DNA of 55,547 nucleotides, counting the filler, from Piptocephalis cylindrospora (taxonomy: Eukaryota): NCBI GenBank assembly GCA_003614145.1. It is 2 parts of 2 records of this genome, joined end to end, with 100 filler letters (N's around TTAATTAATTAA, not from the genome) between each part and the next. Parts side by side here need not be neighbours in the genome. Positions count along the whole stretch, not along the records: positions 1 to 27,742 come from KZ987764.1; positions 27,843 to 55,547 come from KZ987765.1. One strand, given 5' to 3'. The position numbers and the translations under genes are program-made. Each line of letters begins with the position of its first letter. Position 1 is the stretch's first letter. The notes below the pieces were generated by a model that was not told where the DNA came from, did not search any database, and worked only from the letters and a program-made list of their open reading frames with translations. This document shows, piece after piece, positions 22,841 to 31,927 of this stretch.

Positions 22841-24721
22841 TGGATGATGATGATAATGGAAGATTTAGAAAGTGTACGAGAGTGGAAGGAGAGGGGGTAA
22901 AGAGAGTCACCGGATATATGGGTGAGGGAAGGGATGGGAGGAAGGGGAGGATTAGGGGAGGATAGGGTGGAGATTGAAAAGGAAGACCGGGGAACGGGAT
23001 GGGAGGATGTGAGGTGAAGGGGAAGGAGCGGGTATTTAACACTTTGGCCTTAAGCTAGTCCGGTCAGGACTGCCTTTTTTGAGGATTAGGGATAGGGAGA
23101 GTGGCGAAGAAAAAAGAGCTGTATGCAGCATTGAAGGTCGAGGATGAGACAAATGTTTGTCAGCATGGCGGGAGATAGGACCTAGGTATTCATCCGACAC
23201 AACCGTAAATTCATCGCGCCCTTGACTCATACCAAGGATCATTAATGACCCCCCTCTTTCCTTTCTGTCTACCAGACCATTTTCGCTCAACCACGTGCAG
23301 GGGATGAAGGATTTGAATGTATGGAAGAGAGGGGGAGCATTAAGCGTGCGGATCCTTTCCTCTTCCCTATTGTATGAGGGATGGTAGATGATTAAATCCG
23401 GGTCTGATACCCTGAATCACGTCTCCTCGTGTAGTGAGTGATGAAGAGGCGAGGATCTACAGGGTGTATGGAAGAGGGGATGAGGCGTGCAGGTCCTCAT
23501 CCCTCAAGTGAGCCGCATTCATCCAGGCTGGTGTGCTCCCACAAGAGAAGGTCACGCTTTTTTATTTTTTCTTTTTCTCCCCTTACCCCACACATCCACT
23601 TCCCAATATGCTGGTTGGGCGGGCGGAGTATTATTATTTGGGGAACAGGGCAGATCAGCGGGGAAAATCGGAGGAGAGCTTGGTCAGATCGGCGATCCAA
23701 TCATTCAGTCTAACGGGACAAACGTGCGCTCCCCCAGCGCAATTTCTCTCAGAAGCAATAAACATTTTTCTACCGGGTACTGCACCCAGAGTCTATTCTC
23801 CACAAAAAGCCCATAAGTCACGTACGTAATGTGTTTCACAAACCTAGCCCTACTTTGGATGTATTTTTCTCGTATGGAAAGGATATGGAGGGAGGGAGGG
23901 GGATTTTAGGTTTTGTAAGGGCTTTCAAGAATAATTGTAGGAGTGTGAAATGGATATGAAAGCTGTATGCTGAGTCTATGCCAATTTCATCTAGCCCAGA
24001 ATGAGGTGGGAGGACGTGGTGAACACCGGCCACGGACATGTCAATCTCCCCTGTCTCTGCATGTCTGAGAGGACGCGCCTTTCAATAGGATGCGTGAATT
24101 CACGACATGTGGACGTACGTGCATACAAGGGTCTCCGTGAGGACGAGGACTATGTGTCTCCCCTCTCTTGCTGGGGCAGGTGATTGAGTCTCAAATTACA
24201 GTGAAAGTGTGGCGGGAGTGATTTGAGGTAGGAAACAGAGCTCCTGAACGAAATCAGGCCATAGTATCCGAGGAGAGCTCTGGATGAATGGGCATGGAAA
24301 GGCCGGAATGGATGATTGTGATGGTGAGTGTGTAGGCGCTGCTGAACCACTCATAGTACAAGGATGTGATAACCACTGCATCGCAACGTGGTATAGATAA
24401 GGACTGGAATGTCGGGCCTATCCCGTCATTGGTTCTATATCGAGATGCATACCGATGGAGAAATTCCCGTATCCAATCACTCTTGTGTTCGCTCCTTACA
24501 ATGGTATGTCCATATCTTGAGCGTGCTTTTGTTCTCTCGAGGAAAATTGCAACCCTTTTAATCTAATTTGTTAGATTTCAAAATTGTGCGACGATTCAAG
24601 CTCCTCCTGCATCGTCTCTGTATTCCAAGACCTAGAAAGGGTCATTTTTTGTGGGTTTTTGTGTATCAGCTTCGGTGATGGATAACCAATTTTTGGCCAA
24701 TACATTGCCTCTTCTCTCTCT

Positions 24722-25888
24722 CTATTCCAAGGCCACTGCACGGAGGATCTGAACATCCTCCTTGGGGCTACAAGAGAAGGTATAGTGGATGAGTAGGGCA
24801 AAGGAAGAGTACCCGATGTCCTCACGTACCGATCATTGACATCGGTGGAGACAACGCCCAACCGCTTGACCACCTTGATGCCCTGGGAAACGCGACCAAA
24901 GATCGTATGTTTACCTAGCATACCCATAGATCTATGATTAGATGGATAGTCCCAATCCCAAGTCCCTTTCCATGAGCCATAGTCTCAACTTACCATCCAG
25001 ATGGGCCGTGGGAGCAAGAGTGATAAAGAACTAGGAGGAGGGGAGGGAGGCATGCCATGGTGTTAGTCGATGACCATGAAAAAGACAGAACTACTGCGCC
25101 AAGAGAGGGGAAGACGCCAAACTCACCTGGCTACCGTTGGTATTTGGGCCGCTGTTGGCCATGGAGAGGATGCCTGCCCCGGTGTGCTTGAGGGTACGGG
25201 TGAATTCATCCTCAAAATTACCACTGAATCGTCAAAAGGAATGGAGATGGCGTGAGTGGGATGGATGGAATGGATCCTGCTCCCCCCTAATGGGGCTTTG
25301 GTATCCACCTTCCCTGCCCATGGGACGTACCCATAGATAGAGGTGCCTCCTCGTCCTGTCCCTGTGGGATCTCCACCTTGGATCATAAAGTCCTGTGGGG
25401 AGAAAAGAGATGATAATGATTAGGATTTAGGGCTAGGATTAGCTGATCTATCCTGCGATGCAAAGACAGGGAAATTACTTACCGCGATAATACGATGAAA
25501 CTATGAACGAACAGAGATTGGAGCGACCACGGGGAAATGTGAGTGATGGGGGAAGGGAGCCACGAGTAAGACTCACGATTAGGCTCTCGACGCAGAGCCT
25601 CTCCCAGAACCTACCGGTGTCCCGTCATAGTAGCCGCGCTGGGCCTGGAAAGGAGAAAGGAGAAGAGAAGAGAGGAGGGTCAGTATCTTGGTCGACCGGC
25701 CCGTCGACCTCTTCCCACGAACCAGTTCATAAAAGTTACGACACGTCCTAGGAGCTTCTGTCCAATACAGCTCAACGGTGATATCACCCTGCGATGGGAG
25801 GAGAGGCATGAGTGGGTGTAATACTAACTTTGCAAATAGAACAGAGGCATACCAGGGTCGTTTCCAGTCGTACTGCCTTTTCTGTCAT
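24722..25888 (-). CDS. PPIL1: cyclophilin PPIL1-type peptidyl-prolyl isomerase (9 exons)
   Basis: Spliced protein: [23 protein letters not shown]...[31 protein letters not shown]...[29 protein letters not shown]...[11 protein letters not shown]. Exons 25888-25853, 25788-25723, 25644-25615, 25500-25483, 25392-25331, 25223-25127, 25030-24994, 24914-24830, 24767-24722. Confidence 0.92.
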
Positions 25889-26029
25889 GACGTGGAAGAA
25901 TGGAGGGATGAGGAGTGTGACAAGAGGGAAGGAAACAGAAGGGCACGTTGTGTCAGTGGACGGCCTTTCAGGTTGACACGATCTGTCATGTATTTAAGTT
26001 TAGAAAGGGTCCATCATGTCTTGCTACAG

Positions 26030-26141
26030 CATTCAAACGCATAGTAGTAGTAAACAGTGAAATGCATTGGGGAACATTCAAATGTGTAGTGGTAGTAGTA
26101 GTAGTAAACAGCGAAATGTATGGAACATTCAAACGTATAGT
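26030..26141. repeat. imperfect tandem repeat, about 2.3 copies of CATTCAAA..(GTA)n AACAG.GAAATG
   Basis: CATTCAAA at 26030, 26075 and 26126. GTAGTAAACAG(T/C)GAAATG occurs twice with a variable GTA number. Confidence 0.75.
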
Positions 26142-27685
26142 CGTCTGTGTGTAATCATCCATAACCCATATATTTTACCATTTTAAAGAATAATAGTTGA
26201 TCAACGACCATATGGGTTTATAAAAAGAATTACATCTCACAATCAGACATTGAGTCTATTCCTTTGTTTTGATTCTTATTGATGATGAAACCGCTATGGG
26301 CTCCCCCTTGATGGGGTAGGCTGAACGGGTATCCTGTTTTGGTTCTTATTCTATCTCGATAAGCAGTTGCGGAAATGTATCGAGGATTGCCCGAAGCATT
26401 GTGTCATCCTATAGCTTCTACTCTTTCTCGTCTGGGGACCCCTTTCGTACCTATTAACACACATGAGCATGAGAAGGATGGTTTGGGCCAGGATACCAGT
26501 TATCTCCTACTACTCAAACATTCCTTTCTACGCCGAAGATCCATGCCTCGAAACCGTGAAAGACAGATCGTTCCCTATTCATAGAGATCAGCCTAGCCAT
26601 CATTGGAGAATCAATGCGTTTTGTATCTTATCTAGGTCATTCTATATTCACCAACTGAATGCCGGGTAAGAAACCACGCTTTGCATCATATAGGGCTTTC
26701 TGTACCTCCAAGGGGGTTTATCTGTGCTCTAAGAAAGATCCAGATACTCCAGTGAAACTAGATACCATTTGATACGGTGTGTCAGGACCCAGCATTGGAC
26801 ACAACATGGAACGCAACATGGAATACGACGTGGTGGGACACAGCACTGGACACGATGTACCAGGACAGGGCACTTGGTAGGACGGTCAGTGGCATAAAGA
26901 CAACAGAGTAGCATCTCAGCGTCTGTTTGGGAACCATGGCTGAGATGGACTCGGTTCATAACGGTCGAGGACGGGACCGTCTGTGGGACTTATCCCTCCT
27001 GCCCTTGGATTGATGCGTTTCATAAAGGTTTTAATTGGATGACAGAGCGTCTCTTCTCCACAGGGTGGTTTTAAAGGGCCGGGTCTGAATACACCCGGCC
27101 AAAGAGTGACGCTGCTGGCTGTATCGGAGGGATCTGATACTATCTGGGGGATCTGGCTTTATCTGAGGGGGCCTGGCTTTATCCGGCGAACTGGTCCCTT
27201 GTAGAAATAGCGGCCTTACCCTTTTATTCCCAGAAACACACGCGCACACACTCGTGTCAGGACAGAGGAAATCCCCGACAATAGGTGTCGGAGTCAGGGG
27301 TGTGGGCAGGAGACGATTGGATGGAAGAGAGGGGTTGATGGGATCGGAGTTGGAAGGATTGGGTCGGAGCTGAGGAGGGAGAGTGGGGAAAGGGGACAAA
27401 AGAGGAAGGGGCGAGGAAGCCAGGGCGGAAGAGCTGGGTATGTTTTGAGGGTGCACCAATGACCATGCTGGGGAGTGGACTTTCTAGTGCATGGGGGAGG
27501 GGGGAGGAAGGTGCAAAGGCATTTGATGACTGTGGCGACAGATAAGTGAATGAGAGATTGATTGAGCCTAGCAATGGAGGAGGAGGAAGAGCAGAGGTTT
27601 AGACGTTAGCGTTTTTAGGGATCGTAGGGCAGCGGAGTAGGAAGGGATGGGGAGAGGAACTGAGGTAAAGAGAGGGGGAGATCTG

Positions 27686-27687
<2 letters not shown>

Positions 27688-27742
<55 letters not shown>
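27688..27742. repeat. (GA)n microsatellite running into the assembly gap
   Basis: About 27 AG units visible. Confidence 0.95.
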
Positions 27743-27842
27743 NNNNNNNNNNNNNNNNNNNNNNNNNNNNNNNNNNNNNNNNNNNNTTAATTAATTAANN
27801 NNNNNNNNNNNNNNNNNNNNNNNNNNNNNNNNNNNNNNNNNN
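27743..27842. other. assembly gap (N run with TTAATTAATTAA six-frame stop spacer at 27787-27798)
   Basis: 100-nt N block with a palindromic stop-codon linker, an artificial scaffold marker. Confidence 0.97.
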
Positions 27843-28013
27843 TCAGGAACCTTTAGGATATCGCTTCATGGCCATTGTGCCCATTATCTCCTTCTCTTCT
27901 CTCACTCTCCTTCTCCCTCAAGCCGTGTTCCTGCGTCTTGTCTCCCTCACCATCCCACCCTCTCATAATCATCTTTCCACTCCGTCCCCTTCCATCTCCA
28001 TCCCGGTTCCGCA

Positions 28014-30572
28014 ATGAATCCTGTTGACCATCCAATGTCAGGCGAGGATACAAATCCACCAGTCACCCCAAGCCCAATGGCCACATCTGCTTCCATGGGC
28101 TCTCTACCCACCACTCCTTCTAACCACCCCGGGTCCATTCCCTCATGTACGTCTACCCATCTCGCTTGCTTGCCCATCCTTTTTCTTACATCCCCTCCCA
28201 ATGCAGATGTCCAAGAGTCTAGGGACACCTTCCAGAATGCTCTTCCAAGTACTCCGGGCCTTACCGCTTCCTCTACCTCCATTTCCTCCCCGGTTCCTCA
28301 TCCCCCCACCGCTCTGAGGAGGTACAACTCTGCTGCCACCCTGACCGGAACTGTGGGCGGAGGGACCACCCCAGGAGGAACCATCCGTACCTTTGGGCCT
28401 CTGAGAACACAAAGGCATTCGATCGACGCAGGGAACCCCATGCAACGTCCTCTCCAAGGACCCTCTCCGTACTCTCGACGTGGATCCGCCACCCAGCTCA
28501 CCGGGATGGGTGACCCCTTGATGGGGACACCTAGCCCGCTCCTTCTGGGCAGCTACTTTGCTAACCCTGTCTCCAGCACCCCCCCTTCCTCCATCTACTC
28601 CCCCATGGCCATGTCTAGGACCTCATCCCTAGCCGAAATGAACCCCGAGGCAGTGGAGGCCTATCTTTCTCAACTGGCCAATGATCTGTGCCTTGCCGGC
28701 CTGGAATCCGAGTTCCCCCTGACTTCGCAGTATGCCACGTCCCAAGGCGCAGTCGCCCCCCCTCCCACCATGGACCCTGTCTCCTCCACCGCCCCCATCT
28801 CTTCTCCTCCCTCCTCCCAAGGCCTTGGTGGCATCGGCTACCCTGCAAACATGGAGGCCCTCTCCTCCATGGGACTCATGTGGCCGCACACCTCCCCTCC
28901 TCATTCCAATATGGTCCCCACATCCCATACTATAGGCCCTCACTCCACCTCTTCCTCCTCCTCCTCCTCCGACACCGTAATGGCCCTTTCCTCGGTCACC
29001 GAAACAGGGATGAGTATGGCAGAGCCCGGCCAAGTCTCCATGCCCTCCTCCACCTATCCCTCCATGAACCTTGGAGATATCCCCGAGGGCGGAATGATGG
29101 CCATGATGCCATCTGTCACCTCACCAAGCGGCCTGGCCCATCCTCATCCTATGCAAGCCATCTCCTCCCTTCTCTCCAGCCCCTCGGGCATGTATCATGC
29201 CATGTCCCCCCACCACTTTCTCCAATCGCCACCCCCAAATACCTCTCAAAGCCAGCCTTTTGGAGACCTTTCTAATGAGTATCCTTTCCCTTTCTACCCT
29301 CAGGGCTATCAAGATCCCGGGATTGCTATTTCTGCTTCTGGCACTGCCCCTTCTGCCACTTCGTACACCCATCCCGCCTACCCTTCCAATTATGTCCCCC
29401 AGGCCATTGTAAAGGTCGAGGGGAAGCCGGAAGAGGAGCAGGTCTCCAAGGAACGTCAAGCTTCCGGTGCGGATCTGCCTGAACGGATGATCAAGGATGA
29501 GTCACCAGCATGGGCGAGTATGCATCGGTCCTCCTCTTCCTCCTCCTCCTCCTCCTCCTCCTCCGCTTCCTCTTCATCTCAACTCTCCTCCCCCTCCTCC
29601 CCCATCCCCACCAATATCACGTCCTCCGCATCCGCTCTGCCTCATTCTGGTCATCAACCCCTTCCAGACCCAGCAAGTCTTCTTCTCTCCTCAGGTATGG
29701 ATGGGGGAGTGGGGGGCCCCGGTAATTTCTTTAGACCCAACCACCCCCTCTCTTTAGTCATCCCTGGGAACTCCAGCTTTACCGAAGGTGGAAATGACGT
29801 TTTTGCCGGGCTACTTGGTGGAATGGACACCATGGGTGAGGGGGGTTCGAGTATTTGGGTGGGTGGAGAGCCCTTCTTCCCCACTGCATCAGTCCCCAAC
29901 CCCACTCCCGCTACCACCACCTCCTCCTATCTCTCATCATTACCTATAAAGACCGAAGATCAGACCGGCTTCATGAGCGGTCTGGTCGGGAGGAAAGAAT
30001 CAAGCGAGTCCATCAGTACAAGCCCTCCTCTGGCCTCCCATTCTTCCTGCTCCTCCCTCACTTCCTCCCCCGCTCTCCCCACTCCAAAAAACGTCCTTTC
30101 CCTCATGATCCCCAAATCCTCCTCCTCCTCCTCCACCATCATGTCTCCCATCAACAAACCTTCCACCCCTCCACGTCCTTCTAAATCATCCTCCATGACC
30201 AGGTCTTCCTCAGGTGGAACCCAAGAGAAGGTCCGACCAAGACCTCCAAATGCCTTTATCCTCTACCGTAGAGACAATCAAAAGCGGGTGCGTGAGGCCA
30301 ACCCCGGCATCGCCAATCAGGATGTCAGCTGCAAGCTGGGCAGCGCCTGGGCCCATGAGACTGAGGCAGTCAAGGACTACTACCGTCAATTGGCCGCTGA
30401 GCTCAAGGTGGCGAACGCCCGTGTTTACGTGGGTCTCGAATTCAAACCCAGGATCAATGGGAAACGCGATCGTCGCAAGAGCCGGGAACAGCTTCATAAG
30501 GCCGATAGATCCTCTCCTTCTCAGCTCCCTCCCCCCTCCTCTTCCTCATCTATGGCCATGGATCCCTCATGA
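28014..30572 (+). CDS. HMG-box transcription factor (MATA/SOX-type box at the C-terminus, long S/P/M-rich low-complexity N-terminus)
   Basis: PRPPNAFILYRRD.QKRVREANPGIANQDVSCKLGSAW..E.EAVKDYYRQLAAELK...FKPR, near 30230-30450. Confidence 0.88.
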   Translation: MNPVDHPMSGEDTNPPVTPSPMATSASMGSLPTTPSNHPGSIPSCTSTHLACLPILFLTSPPNADVQESRDTFQNALPSTPGLTASSTSISSPVPHPPTALRRYNSAATLTGTVGGGTTPGGTIRTFGPLRTQRHSIDAGNPMQRPLQGPSPYSRRGSATQLTGMGDPLMGTPSPLLLGSYFANPVSSTPPSSIYSPMAMSRTSSLAEMNPEAVEAYLSQLANDLCLAGLESEFPLTSQYATSQGAVAPPPTMDPVSSTAPISSPPSSQGLGGIGYPANMEALSSMGLMWPHTSPPHSNMVPTSHTIGPHSTSSSSSSSDTVMALSSVTETGMSMAEPGQVSMPSSTYPSMNLGDIPEGGMMAMMPSVTSPSGLAHPHPMQAISSLLSSPSGMYHAMSPHHFLQSPPPNTSQSQPFGDLSNEYPFPFYPQGYQDPGIAISASGTAPSATSYTHPAYPSNYVPQAIVKVEGKPEEEQVSKERQASGADLPERMIKDESPAWASMHRSSSSSSSSSSSSASSSSQLSSPSSPIPTNITSSASALPHSGHQPLPDPASLLLSSGMDGGVGGPGNFFRPNHPLSLVIPGNSSFTEGGNDVFAGLLGGMDTMGEGGSSIWVGGEPFFPTASVPNPTPATTTSSYLSSLPIKTEDQTGFMSGLVGRKESSESISTSPPLASHSSCSSLTSSPALPTPKNVLSLMIPKSSSSSSTIMSPINKPSTPPRPSKSSSMTRSSSGGTQEKVRPRPPNAFILYRRDNQKRVREANPGIANQDVSCKLGSAWAHETEAVKDYYRQLAAELKVANARVYVGLEFKPRINGKRDRRKSREQLHKADRSSPSQLPPPSSSSSMAMDPS

Positions 30573-31238
30573 TTTATTTAAGAACGCTTCCCTTGACCAA
30601 TGCCATGGTGGTGGTGGAAGGGGGGGGGCCCTTGCCCCCTCGCTACCACCACCATACCTTCATCTTCCACTTCAACGAGTAAGGGCATGGTGGTGTACCC
30701 TTCCACCTCCCCATGTACTACCATCCTCTCTTTTTTTTCCCTCATCTTTTTCTCAGTCCTTCTTTCCATTTCTCTTTTTTCTCTATACTTTATCTCCTCT
30801 CCCTTCTCCCCTCTCCCCCTCCCTTCCTTATCTGGGGTTTCTTGTTTGGATGAGCCTGACACTCACATCAATTCTCTTCACAGAAAGGTGCTCATTTAAT
30901 CAATTATCTTCTTATCTTCTCTCACCCCAAGTTCTACGATTCCCTTGTGTTGCTTCGTGAACATGTCTTTTTTATTTATCTATCTCTTTCCCACTCTGAT
31001 CCACTCTCTCTTCCTTGGTCGTGTTGGCGGGGCATGGTTTTTATACGCGAGAAAATGTACAGAAAGCCATTACCGCGACCCACTAGATGAACCATATTGC
31101 CCTGGTTCATTCCAGAGGGACATTGTATCCACCAGCCCGCCTAAATACTAGCCTGATCTTTTTTGTCTTTTTCATAGTTTAAATCCATTTTCCTATCTAC
31201 AGTTGATGGGAATAGTAGGGTGGCGTTCGGGTCTAGTT

Positions 31239-31294
31239 AATGATAGAACCATTTTATTTTCCCCAGTGGGGTAGGCGGATGAGCATCCGAACAC
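31239..31294. mobile_element. 56-bp double-hairpin dispersed element, copy 1, with 20-bp flanking direct repeats (31219-31238 and 31296-31315)
   Basis: 53/56 identical to 53615-53670. Flanks are GGTGGCGTTC(G/A)GGTCTAGTT. Confidence 0.6.
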
Positions 31295-31927
31295 TGGTGG
31301 CGTTCAGGTCTAGTTGCCTTTACCACCTGGTGTGCTGTTTTGTTCGTCAAAATGGGTAAAATAAAAAGGGTTTTCAAGTCAAGTTGATGGGATAAACTGC
31401 GGCTATACACAGCATGGAGTCTGTTTTGAAAACCTATTTATTTCCTGGCGCCTCCACACATACCAACTGTGTTGCTCTGTAGGGTTTACCCAGGGAAAAT
31501 CTGTGAAGGTAAACTGCCGTTTAATTCGTCTCTGTTTCCACTTTTTCAGGAATATTCCTTATTTTTCTCAGAAATATCCCTTGGGCGCATGTTTCCTTCC
31601 CCATGACAATAAATCTCTATACAAAACCACGGCTGACAGGATATGAGTGGGACCAATCAAGTCGAAAAGGCTGACCCTAGATGACTTGGATAGCCGCATA
31701 CTTCTCGTACTTTGGGTGAGCTTGTGCGTATAGGACCAGACGAGCCGCTGCCTTCGCGCCCTCTCTCTTATGCACACAGCCCCCCTATCTTGACATTGTC
31801 CCGACTGACTGGATTTGGACTTGGTTTGTGGCAGCTCAATTGGCAAAGTCTTGATTCATTTCTTTTTTTTGTTTCTTTCTCCCTCCCCTTGATCATTGAA
31901 TATTTCTTTTCCTTTTCTGCATCGTTG

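Noticed and set aside
21038..24700. MFS pump as marker of a secondary-metabolite or RiPP cluster
   Set aside because: No NRPS, PKS, DUF3328, tyrosinase or tailoring genes in the window; the neighbours are housekeeping genes.
26030..26141. Repeat-spacer-like pattern resembling a CRISPR array
   Set aside because: Eukaryotic context, under 3 copies, and the spacers are related (GTA)n expansions; it is a simple tandem duplication.
27031..27574. Pro/Ser-rich minus-strand ORFs before the gap
   Set aside because: Low-complexity translation of purine-rich intergenic DNA; no domain evidence.
27787..27798. TTAATTAATTAA palindrome inside the N run
   Set aside because: Artificial scaffold spacer carrying stop codons in all frames, not biological.
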